Shown: positions 43,681-52,216 of the stretch, in pieces
How positions within the stretch are numbered: position 1 is the first letter of the stretch
Layout of the letters: each line of letters opens with the position of its first letter
Virus record (IMG/VR): IMGVR_UViG_3300046692_000144
Span: 21,621 to 85,620 of that record
Reading direction: 5' to 3' (one strand)
Origin: a virus
Taxonomy: Duplodnaviria; Heunggongvirae; Uroviricota; Caudoviricetes
Length of the DNA stretch: 64,000 bases
Position numbers and translations under genes: made by a program
The notes under the pieces: model-generated
What the model was told of the DNA's origin: nothing
What the model saw: only the letters and a program-made list of their open reading frames with translations
Databases searched by the model: none

Positions 43681-44487
43681 CTATGGTCCAGGAACCGCTT
43701 CGAATTGAATAGCTACTGCATAACCTTCTATATCACCAAATGGGTTGTAGACATCTCTCCATTCCCAATAGGTGAGACCGAAACCGGCTGCACCGCTAGA
43801 AGTATATACTCGACCCTGAGAAGACGAAGCCATGAAGGTCTGTGAACCAATCTTCATAGAGTTAACGTTTTCTTCAGGCATATCGCCGACGAAGGTGACC
43901 CGTAGAGCACCTCCTGTATAACTGAGTTCAGCAATTTCATGATCCATGTAGAACGCCGGACGTAGACTTCCCGTCATCAACAGCCCTCCACCGATACCCA
44001 ATTTGATTGGGTTCATATATCCGAACAGATCGACACTATTCGGAAGATGCGTTTTGCCAGAGGCCAAGATCAAAGCGGTATCTGGTATGTATGGGGAGTA
44101 CTCGTTCGGGAAAGTATTCGTGTTGTACACATTGACGATGCCTCTCAAAATCTTGGATCGACTTTGGTCAGGATTGGTCAGCACTAAGTCATACACACCA
44201 GAAGACCAATTTACACCTGCGGTAAACGCACCGGAGATGTTCACAGTTATCTGGCCCGCAGACCCGAGGACGATAGACCCATCGTTGTATGAGAACGAGG
44301 TAGTGATCCCCTTAAGAATCTGAGCACTTCCCGGAACACTACGAACATAAAGATCCGCACGGTATCCGGTAAGGTCTACTGGAAGTAAAGTACTTTCATC
44401 GACATACACGAAGGGGAATGAGTAATCCATCCCTTCACTCAGTTCTAGATGAAAAGTATCCGATCCTATTAGTTGCTTTGGTTGCAT
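43681..44487 (-). CDS. virion (baseplate/tail) protein
   Basis: ORF in the late block. Confidence 0.4.
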   Translation of the reverse strand: MQPKQLIGSDTFHLELSEGMDYSFPFVYVDESTLLPVDLTGYRADLYVRSVPGSAQILKGITTSFSYNDGSIVLGSAGQITVNISGAFTAGVNWSSGVYDLVLTNPDQSRSKILRGIVNVYNTNTFPNEYSPYIPDTALILASGKTHLPNSVDLFGYMNPIKLGIGGGLLMTGSLRPAFYMDHEIAELSYTGGALRVTFVGDMPEENVNSMKIGSQTFMASSSQGRVYTSSGAAGFGLTYWEWRDVYNPFGDIEGYAVAIQFEAVPGP

Positions 44488-44744
44488 GAAATAGTCGCCA
44501 TTTCCAACTTAGTGATATAGCCTTCCTTAAGCTCCCGGTCAGCTAGCAAGACTTTTGCCTTGTAGTGGAGATTGTCTGTAGTCTTCAATGCTGCAACAAG
44601 ATCAACCGGCTTTTCAACCGGTTTAATGTTGCAATATACAGTGGGGCCCGGAACTTCTATCTTCTGGTAGACGATTTGAGGAGGCGGAGGTGTCGCCGCA
44701 CAACCTGCCATTAGGAGTGCGAAGAGGATAAAGATGAACCTCAT
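44469..44744 (-). CDS. o-spanin (Rz1-like outer-membrane lipoprotein)
   Basis: MRFIFILFALLMAGC lipobox followed by a Pro-rich stretch ATPPPPQ. Overlaps the i-spanin end. Confidence 0.55.
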   Translation of the reverse strand: MRFIFILFALLMAGCAATPPPPQIVYQKIEVPGPTVYCNIKPVEKPVDLVAALKTTDNLHYKAKVLLADRELKEGYITKLEMATISCNQSN

Positions 44745-45130
44745 TTCTGAGCACCTCTTGCGATATACGAGTCAATCAAATCATTAGCCTCTTTGCAGAG
44801 GTTCTCTGATTTAGGAGTTTCTGCCAGTAGCTTAGCGGAATAGGTGGAGTGAATCTTTGCAATAGAATCCACTTTAGCCATGGCGTCTTCGACTTCTTTT
44901 TGTCGAGTATCTTGGTCTGCCTGTAATTGCTTAAATTTATCTGAGAAGCTTTTCACAATAGAATTCGTGCTTTCAAGATCTTTGGTAAATCCGCCGATCT
45001 TATCTCGCTGGTCTTGGATGGTGACGTCATCTGCCGCTACTTCCTTCTTCAAGGAAATAGCGTAAACCCACGTACCTGCAAGGATCAATAACAGGAACCC
45101 GATAACGTAGTTCTTAATTAGGTCAATCAT
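44741..45130 (-). CDS. i-spanin (Rz-like)
   Basis: N-terminal TM (VIGFLLLILAGTWVYAI) followed by a coiled-coil periplasmic domain. Confidence 0.55.
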   Translation of the reverse strand: MIDLIKNYVIGFLLLILAGTWVYAISLKKEVAADDVTIQDQRDKIGGFTKDLESTNSIVKSFSDKFKQLQADQDTRQKEVEDAMAKVDSIAKIHSTYSAKLLAETPKSENLCKEANDLIDSYIARGAQK

Positions 45131-45371
45131 TAAATACCTGCCTCGAACCCCGGTCAGGCTCTATCGATTTATCGCAGTGGTCTTTTTGTATTAGACCTAG
45201 GAAGTAGCAAGTAAGTTTGCAAAGCTTGCATTTACCTGCTCGAATGTTCTTCCCCATCCGAGAAGACATCGTCTCATCCGGATCACCTCCCAACAACGTG
45301 TTTACGAACTGATCAACAGCGATCAGGATATTCCAGAAGTACTGAATTAGCTTAGCTTTAAAGTCCGTCAT
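45123..45371 (-). CDS. hypothetical protein
   Basis: ORF. Confidence 0.35.
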   Translation of the reverse strand: MTDFKAKLIQYFWNILIAVDQFVNTLLGGDPDETMSSRMGKNIRAGKCKLCKLTCYFLGLIQKDHCDKSIEPDRGSRQVFND

Positions 45372-45981
45372 CTGGGACCACTTCCCTTTTGGCTTTTTTT
45401 AGATCAGCGTAGAAACCACGTATGTTGACTACGTAACCCAGGGTCTCCTTGCTATTAGGTCCTGTCACTCTTGGTAGACAAGGAACTATGAGCTTGTATT
45501 CCGGTGGATTACCACAAAGTTTCTGTGCAGATATCAGGTGCCCAGCACCTGCGTTATAACTGGCAGCAGCAAGGTTGTGCCTATCGGCCATAGACCTAGG
45601 AGACTTCCAGATTTTGTACTGAACACCCATGTAGTAGGCAGCAGCTTGAATATTGTACTCCGGATGGAACACCGAAATGTCCCTTGAGATCTGCAAAGCA
45701 TTTTTGGCGTCCTTCCATGTAGCAGGCATGAACTGGCAAATACCAGCAGCTCCTACCTGAGAAGTGGCCATCTCTTTGAACCTGGATTCCTGCCAGCACT
45801 GAGCTTTGATCAAATCAGGGTCTACCCCAGGCATATACCTGTGAGTGTACTTGATGAAATAATCGTCATACTTACTTACTAGCGGAGGTGCGGCCATCGC
45901 AGAAGTAGAGATGAGCAGGGCCAAAATCCAAGTCAAAGCTCTCACGAGTCCTACCTCAAGCGTATTTGAAAATAGACGCAA
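45358..45981 (-). CDS. lytic transglycosylase (SLT-domain endolysin) with N-terminal signal peptide
   Basis: AQCWQESRFKEMATSQVGAAGICQFMPATW is the SLT catalytic Glu-Ser motif with the GLMQ-like block. N-terminal LTWILALLISTSAMA. Confidence 0.75.
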   Translation of the reverse strand: MRLFSNTLEVGLVRALTWILALLISTSAMAAPPLVSKYDDYFIKYTHRYMPGVDPDLIKAQCWQESRFKEMATSQVGAAGICQFMPATWKDAKNALQISRDISVFHPEYNIQAAAYYMGVQYKIWKSPRSMADRHNLAAASYNAGAGHLISAQKLCGNPPEYKLIVPCLPRVTGPNSKETLGYVVNIRGFYADLKKAKREVVPDDGL

Positions 45982-46210
45982 TGATCAGGGCGTTGCCTAG
46001 ACCTAGAACTGCGTAACGTACGGACAAGTACAGAGAAAGAGCACGGGTGTCCTGCTCTATTTTGGCATACGCATCACTGAACTTAATGTGAGACAGATGA
46101 TTCGCAACTCGCAGAAGAAGGAAAGTGATCACCGAAAAGATTGTCACCGCCGCCGCTGCGTTCATTAGCGTAATGTAAAAACCTGCCTGAGCAATTTGAA
46201 TTGGGTCCAC
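45956..46210 (-). CDS. holin-like small membrane protein
   Basis: 84 aa with 2-3 TM segments; overlaps the endolysin start. Confidence 0.4.
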   Translation of the reverse strand: MDPIQIAQAGFYITLMNAAAAVTIFSVITFLLLRVANHLSHIKFSDAYAKIEQDTRALSLYLSVRYAVLGLGNALIIASIFKYA

Positions 46211-46212
46211 GG

Positions 46213-46620
46213 TTAACCTCCGATGAGTTTTAGGAACAGAGCACCGGCACCTGCCGACACTGCTGCTAGTAGAAATGTAGTTGCAGACTTCTCGATGAAG
46301 CCAACTGTCTTGCCTTGAAGCCTATCACTGGTGCTCAACTCTTGGACAAGGCCCGTCAGAGTCTCCACCTGCTTAGACTGCTTAGTGAGGTCACCCGTAA
46401 GGTACTGAAGCTCCCTCTCAAGCATTGCGATACGTCCACGATCCTGAGTAAGGTCCGTGATCCTATCAGACATTTCTTTCTGACCTTTACTAAGGTCATT
46501 CATGAAACTATTGTGCCAAACAGTCTTTTCTTCTAGAGTAGCCAGACGGTTCAACACCTCTCGAATTGCGTCGAGAATTTCTATTACTCTGGTTTCGAGC
46601 TGAGGGGATGAAGTCGTCAA
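46213..46620 (-). CDS. coiled-coil protein with C-terminal TM
   Basis: C-terminal FLLAAVSAGAGALFLKLIGG. Confidence 0.4.
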   Translation of the reverse strand: MTTSSPQLETRVIEILDAIREVLNRLATLEEKTVWHNSFMNDLSKGQKEMSDRITDLTQDRGRIAMLERELQYLTGDLTKQSKQVETLTGLVQELSTSDRLQGKTVGFIEKSATTFLLAAVSAGAGALFLKLIGG

Positions 46621-46713
46621 GATATTCGTCCAGTCCTAGTAATTAATGCTTGGGTATACTACCCTTTTTGTGAATTGTCTTTTCTTCAGAGACTCTGTAA
46701 CTTAAACACCTGG

Positions 46714-47721
46714 TTAGTACCCGATAGCTAACCAGTGAACAGCGTCTGCTGACTGAGTCATAGTGCTAGCTGACCAAGTTACTACTGTGAAGTTAGTCGT
46801 GGTTGCCGCCCCTACCCCTGCAACAGAGGTCGTCGCTAGAGCCGGGGCGCCATTGGTAAGTTCCGTGGCATAATGCTGTAGGCATGCGTTAGGGAATATA
46901 ATAGGGAAGGTCACCGTGGTTGCCCCGCCACTGGAAGCCGTATTTGCGTTACCCCACTGTATAATTAGCCCGCCTGGTAGCTTCTGATAACCGTTTGCCG
47001 TTATGTTCTGATTCGTACCGGTGAAATCTGCAAGAGCAAGTTTAAGAGGCATTTCACTAACTAGAGTAGGAACTTGACTCGCCAGAGTAGCGACATTCAG
47101 AATCCCTGCACTTACTGGACAATCGTAGGCTTTAATGCAGTAGAGAACTGAGATGTTTCGCGGACGTGTGTACCCCAAGTTTCCGACGACAGGCGTAATT
47201 ACGGAGCTGCCAGATGATGCTCCCGCCACGATGTCGAAGCCTGCCGGCAACGACGGCAAAGGCTCTGCACCCCACAACGACAACGACTCCGTGAAGAAGT
47301 TGGCTGGAGTTACTGGGATACCGTTGGCCTGGCCCTGACCCGTAACAATCGTGGCGGATTGAGCAGTCCCAATAGCTCGACCAGTATCAACTCCTCTACC
47401 GTTATCCCAACCACGAAGAAACTCTCCTCGAAGATCTGGAAGAGTTGCCGAAGTAGTTCCACCCAAGAAAGTAACCAAGCTTGGGAACGTAGCACTAGAA
47501 ACGGATTGACCGCTGCAAGGCAGATAGCCGTACGGTGCAGTAGGACCATAGTAGGCGATGATCGTACCGATCGGGTTGGCTGCTTTCAGAACATCGTCAG
47601 AAGAAGCTGCACCGAGGTTAGTCCGGGCAGTGGGCTTATCTACTACGTCACTAAAGTTGTTAGCAGCGTAGATTGGTTTTTGAAATCCATCAGGAGACAG
47701 ACCGAAGTATTCAGAAGACAT
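46714..47721 (-). CDS. tail fibre protein (phage tail collar domain), paralogue 1
   Basis: YGYLPCSGQSVSSATFPSLVTFLGG...LPDLRGEFLRGWDNGRGVD is the collar motif. RPRNISVLYCIKAY is conserved. C-terminus ...WLAIGY. Confidence 0.75.
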   Translation of the reverse strand: MSSEYFGLSPDGFQKPIYAANNFSDVVDKPTARTNLGAASSDDVLKAANPIGTIIAYYGPTAPYGYLPCSGQSVSSATFPSLVTFLGGTTSATLPDLRGEFLRGWDNGRGVDTGRAIGTAQSATIVTGQGQANGIPVTPANFFTESLSLWGAEPLPSLPAGFDIVAGASSGSSVITPVVGNLGYTRPRNISVLYCIKAYDCPVSAGILNVATLASQVPTLVSEMPLKLALADFTGTNQNITANGYQKLPGGLIIQWGNANTASSGGATTVTFPIIFPNACLQHYATELTNGAPALATTSVAGVGAATTTNFTVVTWSASTMTQSADAVHWLAIGY

Positions 47722-47730
47722 GATTTTCCC

Positions 47731-48681
47731 TTAGTACCCGATGGCTACGTAATAGCAGTTAAGTGCTGAACGGGTAGTTGCAGCAGACCACGCTTGGTAA
47801 GAAGCACCTGTAGCGGATTGGCTTTCTATTGTTGCGAAGACTCCCGTCCCGCTTAATGCAGTAATTGCTACCGTTGCAGTCAACGAGACCAGAGCGGTGG
47901 GGAAGACGATTGGGAATGTAAATGGACTTGGCGCACTAGCGCTACCTACAACGGTGCCCCACTGAAGAATCATTCCACTAGGCAGCTTCTGATATCCGGA
48001 TGCTGCTAGGCTAACCCCAAACTGAGTCAATTTAGTACATTGACTAAGCTCAGTCAGAACGTTGCCCATGTTGGCGGTAGAGGTGTTGACCAATGCCCCG
48101 TAGGCTTTCATGCAGTAGAGGACTGAGACGTTTCGTGGTCTGGTTTCAATAGAAGTTCTAGGAGTTCCATTAGTCCCGTCCGATATAGCCGCTCTTATAG
48201 AATCAGTAATAGGCCCAGCGTTGTTGCCGCTAGTAGTGAACATTGCATAGGAGCTACCACCAGTACCTACGGAAATAGCCGAAGAATACGTCTCATTATG
48301 GTAGTGGCCTTGGAACGCGTCTAACTGCAATGTTTTAACTGCACGACTGGAATCTATTCCTCTACCGTTATCCCAACCCCGAAGAAACTCTCCTCGTAGA
48401 TCTGGAAGAACCTGAGAACTACCACCGCCAAGAAAAGTAACTAGATCTGGAAAAGTACCAGAGTTAACAGTTTGTCCATTACACGGCAGATATCCTACAG
48501 GAGCAGTGTTCCCCCAAAACGGAATAATGGTACCGATTGGTACCGAGTTCAGCATGATATCTGACGTGCTTAGAGTTCCAAGGTTTGCAAGCGCAGCAGT
48601 CTTATCCGGCACGTCGGCAAGATTTTGACCCGCACTTAACGGCAGAAGGGCTGCTAGAGATGGTTGACCAAAAAATGCCAT
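47731..48681 (-). CDS. tail fibre protein, paralogue 2
   Basis: Same N-terminal blocks (VGYLPCNGQTV...LPDLRGEFLRGWDNGRGID...RPRNVSVLYCMKAY) with a divergent C-terminus ending YYVAIGY. Confidence 0.75.
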   Translation of the reverse strand: MAFFGQPSLAALLPLSAGQNLADVPDKTAALANLGTLSTSDIMLNSVPIGTIIPFWGNTAPVGYLPCNGQTVNSGTFPDLVTFLGGGSSQVLPDLRGEFLRGWDNGRGIDSSRAVKTLQLDAFQGHYHNETYSSAISVGTGGSSYAMFTTSGNNAGPITDSIRAAISDGTNGTPRTSIETRPRNVSVLYCMKAYGALVNTSTANMGNVLTELSQCTKLTQFGVSLAASGYQKLPSGMILQWGTVVGSASAPSPFTFPIVFPTALVSLTATVAITALSGTGVFATIESQSATGASYQAWSAATTRSALNCYYVAIGY

Positions 48682-48761
48682 GGTGACTCCGAAAAAGACT
48701 ACGAAAAAAAGAAGAGGGACCTCAGGGGTCCCTCGCTGGTCTTACTGAATTTTAACTTGAC

Positions 48762-49325
48762 TTATTCTGGCCAAACAGTAAGGGCGTCAACTGCATCGTA
48801 ATCTGCTGCGACATCAATAGCGGCCTTGATTGGCCAGGCTTTTGCGTACAGAGATTGGATATACGCAGATACTGCAAGGCCCATAGCGATGATTTGATCT
48901 GCGGTCAATTGATGGGTAGTGTTGCTCTCAGCTTGAAACGGAATTTCTCCGGTATAACCGGAAGCCTTAAGGAGCTGGGCAGAGGTAACCATCGAAGAGA
49001 CGTTTAGCAGATCTCGGTTATTACGAAGCTGAACTACGTCCGTACCTTCAGGGAAATCGTAGGGGAAACCTTTTTCTTCAGCATCTTTGCGAAGGCTATC
49101 AATCTTATCTTTGGCAGATCGTTTGTAGACGGAGAGTTCTGGTTTATCCGGAAGCTTGGTAGTAGGTTTTCCATCGGTACCTACACAGATTACTCTACCT
49201 TCAGACTGAGAGGTGAGCAGAGCGGCATGCTCCCCTTGAGTGATCTGAACGCTGTCCGACGGAATAGTAGTGTGAATTTCGTCGTCGTAAAAACCAGCTT
49301 TCGAAGGGCTGTAATAAAGTGTCAT
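48762..49325 (-). CDS. putative tail fibre assembly/chaperone protein
   Basis: Sits between fibre genes. The N-terminus MTLYYSPSKAGFYDDEIH is typical of Tfa-like proteins (from memory, not searched). Confidence 0.4.
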   Translation of the reverse strand: MTLYYSPSKAGFYDDEIHTTIPSDSVQITQGEHAALLTSQSEGRVICVGTDGKPTTKLPDKPELSVYKRSAKDKIDSLRKDAEEKGFPYDFPEGTDVVQLRNNRDLLNVSSMVTSAQLLKASGYTGEIPFQAESNTTHQLTADQIIAMGLAVSAYIQSLYAKAWPIKAAIDVAADYDAVDALTVWPE

Positions 49326-49339
49326 GTATGTTCCTTAAA

Positions 49340-50266
49340 TTAATAGCCAATGGCGATAAAATGACATCCCGGCGTACTACTCGCACTAGTAATAGTTACG
49401 GCTGAAGTAGTCGAAACCACCGAAACAACGGAGACTGTCGAGTTAACCGGGGTTGCTACCACCTGAAGCGCAGAGTTAGGAAAATTAATCGGTAGAGTTG
49501 TGGCGACTCCTACCGTAGAAGAGTTACCTGTGCCCCACTGAATAATAATACCACCGGGTAATTTCTGGTACCCTGAAACGGTGTTGTTTTGGTTGGCACC
49601 TGTAAAATCCGCGTACTTAACAGCCGCAGCATTCAACGTAGAATAATCACTTACCAATCCGGCTATGTTAACGCTGGAGGTAAAGTTCGAGACTGAGCTG
49701 TAAGCCTTTATGCAGTAGAGGACGGAGACGTTTCTAGGCCTAACAACACCCGTATTGAACGTAGCGACGGTGGCCGACGTTAATGCCACAGTAAATGTTG
49801 ACACAACAGCTACTGAGTCAAACTCTGTGTTATTCCAACAGTGACCTACGCTGCCTGAGCCCCCTGCACTACTTGAAGCGTCTCGGATGTTAGACCCGTT
49901 CTGTAGGTTCAAGTTTGACCTGCCTACATCAACGCCACGACCGTTATCCCATCCTCGCAGGAATTCACCGCGAAGATCCGGGATAGTAGCAGAGCTCTGA
50001 CCTGGGTTCAGAAACTGGACAAGCTCAGGAAAGCTACCAGAAGTAATGGTCTGGCCGGAGCAAGGGAGGTAACCCGCAGGAGCGGCACTACCCCAGTATG
50101 GCATGATCATACCTATCGGTACGGAGTTATACTGAACCTCGGCTTTACTTGGAACATCCAAGCTGGTTCGTGCGGCAGCCTTATCCGGGAGATCTGCAAG
50201 GTTTTTAGCCTTGAACAGAGCCCCTGTAATATCCGCCGGGTTTTGCCCGAAGATGTTAGCAGCCAA
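49340..50266 (-). CDS. tail fibre protein, paralogue 3
   Basis: AGYLPCSGQTITSGSFPELVQFL...IPDLRGEFLRGWDNGRGVD...RPRNVSVLYCIKAY...HFIAIGY. Confidence 0.75.
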   Translation of the reverse strand: MAANIFGQNPADITGALFKAKNLADLPDKAAARTSLDVPSKAEVQYNSVPIGMIMPYWGSAAPAGYLPCSGQTITSGSFPELVQFLNPGQSSATIPDLRGEFLRGWDNGRGVDVGRSNLNLQNGSNIRDASSSAGGSGSVGHCWNNTEFDSVAVVSTFTVALTSATVATFNTGVVRPRNVSVLYCIKAYSSVSNFTSSVNIAGLVSDYSTLNAAAVKYADFTGANQNNTVSGYQKLPGGIIIQWGTGNSSTVGVATTLPINFPNSALQVVATPVNSTVSVVSVVSTTSAVTITSASSTPGCHFIAIGY

Positions 50267-50590
50267 TTAAGTTTTCTCCACGTACGAGATATAAGCCTGC
50301 AAGAAAGTAGGAGCATCAGCAGTCATGTATAATTTCTCTCCCGGAGCCAGCACCAACTTAGGAACTTGGAGAGAACCACCCACAGCAATTGGGGCGAGGG
50401 TGACAATGTTGATATAGCTGGAATCGACTTGTTGGACTTCAACGGTTACACCGTGGTAGGCACCGGTTACGTCCGTGTTAGAAATATTCCCACCGATCAG
50501 GATAGTCTGTACACCAGCAGTGCCGGTCATAACCAAAGTACGAGTACTGAGGATGTTACCAACAGCGATTTTTTTAAGAGTTGCGGCCAT
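50267..50590 (-). CDS. small virion protein
   Basis: ORF. Confidence 0.4.
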   Translation of the reverse strand: MAATLKKIAVGNILSTRTLVMTGTAGVQTILIGGNISNTDVTGAYHGVTVEVQQVDSSYINIVTLAPIAVGGSLQVPKLVLAPGEKLYMTADAPTFLQAYISYVEKT

Positions 50591-50593
50591 TTC

Positions 50594-51367
50594 TTAACCC
50601 CCGAATACGAGTGCGTTGATTATTGAGTCATCACTCAGGGCTGAGAGGAGTGATAGTTGATAGGAGTTGCTTACTAGGAGTTCGAACTGAGATCCTACGT
50701 CTGGTGCAGCAGTGGTTGCAGTTGCCCAACTGATTGTAGTACCTGCAATGCTGGTAATAAGTCGAGTCTGACCTGCTAGTCCACCCGTTAGGAAATTGAT
50801 GATGTATCTTCCAGTGGCGACAGGGAGAGCAGTCAAGGCAGCCGCAGTGATACTGGTTGTATTCGAGGTACCTACTGTGGTTAGAATAGCTACCGTACTG
50901 TGAGTAGGATACCTCCAACGGTCAGTGCTCTTAACTGCGATGATAGGGTTTCCTGCATCATCTACTTGCTGACACATGAATGAGTTACCAGTGGCAGCAG
51001 TTACCGTTGGGATTTGATCAACCGTAGCGATGTCACACAGACGATCCGTCAGTCGTGCCAATTGGGCCATGCTGTTAGCAGTAACCCGCATTTGGACAAG
51101 GCATCCGATAGGCAGGGAAGATGCAGTAGTACCTTCCTGAGCACGGACAACGGTGAAGCTATCTCCTACTCGGCCCGTAACTTTGCAGATTTCAATGATC
51201 CCTGCACTTTCAAGAGTGATCAGGTAATACTGTTGAGAGCTGCCAATAACTGGGAACTTCGCCCCGTCACCTGCGGCTACCGAAAAAACGGTATCCGAAG
51301 GAGCGATGGCCAGTAGCAACGTGGATTTAGCGTTGTTCCCGTATAGCTGGATATCAGTCGAGGACAT
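50594..51367 (-). CDS. tail/baseplate structural protein
   Basis: ORF. Confidence 0.45.
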   Translation of the reverse strand: MSSTDIQLYGNNAKSTLLLAIAPSDTVFSVAAGDGAKFPVIGSSQQYYLITLESAGIIEICKVTGRVGDSFTVVRAQEGTTASSLPIGCLVQMRVTANSMAQLARLTDRLCDIATVDQIPTVTAATGNSFMCQQVDDAGNPIIAVKSTDRWRYPTHSTVAILTTVGTSNTTSITAAALTALPVATGRYIINFLTGGLAGQTRLITSIAGTTISWATATTAAPDVGSQFELLVSNSYQLSLLSALSDDSIINALVFGG

Positions 51368-51716
51368 AGGTTTGTGTTGACTCTTTTTCTGAGTTGAATT
51401 CTTTCACGAATTTCTGGAGAGAAGCTTTCAGTTGAGAGATAACTTCATCTACGTCGTGGCGGGTGTCTACCAGTATTTTAATAGTAGAGGCCCTTACCCA
51501 CTTGGAAGTAGGCAGGGGCACTACTGCACCGGTCCATCTTGGAATCTTCGGCATATCGGAGATAGTAACCACGGATTGGAATTCACCTAAAACCAACGTA
51601 CCTGTATTTAAGTACAAAAAGATGTCAGTAGGAATCGTCCCGCCCGCCCCAAGTGATCCAGTGATGGTCCACCCTTCGTTTACTAGCCGTTTTGTAATCG
51701 TGACGGCGTTAGTCAT
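51354..51716 (-). CDS. structural protein
   Basis: ORF. Confidence 0.4.
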   Translation of the reverse strand: MTNAVTITKRLVNEGWTITGSLGAGGTIPTDIFLYLNTGTLVLGEFQSVVTISDMPKIPRWTGAVVPLPTSKWVRASTIKILVDTRHDVDEVISQLKASLQKFVKEFNSEKESTQTYVLD

Positions 51717-51717
51717 A

Positions 51718-52197
51718 TCACACCGCCTTAATAGACCATTCGAAGTGAAGGCCGAATTCAGAAGTCTTCGGTACAGCAGGGAAGTTCTTCACGTTGAAGA
51801 TTGCTCCTGACGCCTTAAACAGCCCGGCTTCAGTGATGTTCAACCCATTACCCTGGGATTGATCTAGATCGGCAAGGTAGGTGACCTTTACTTCCAGAGG
51901 GTATGTAACGTAAGAAGTGCTTACCGATACCTGAGGGCTGACAAGGCCAAGCTGCTCACCATCTTCTGGTTTGGGGAATTGACCAAGAGGATCTATAGCT
52001 CCGCCAGTACCAAGTTTGAACGTAGTTACACGGTCAGGTACAAATGCAGGATCATACAAAGCCGACAGAAGATGTAACTTGGCAAGGCGTACGATCAAGT
52101 TCTTTTTAACGAAGACTTCTTCCTTGGTGCCATCTGGGAATACCTTCCAGCAGCCAAGGACTCCCTCCACAATCTCCCATATAGATTCACTCTTCAT
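51718..52197 (-). CDS. structural protein
   Basis: ORF. Confidence 0.4.
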   Translation of the reverse strand: MKSESIWEIVEGVLGCWKVFPDGTKEEVFVKKNLIVRLAKLHLLSALYDPAFVPDRVTTFKLGTGGAIDPLGQFPKPEDGEQLGLVSPQVSVSTSYVTYPLEVKVTYLADLDQSQGNGLNITEAGLFKASGAIFNVKNFPAVPKTSEFGLHFEWSIKAV

Positions 52198-52216
52198 TTG
52201 AAACGTATTCCTCGAA

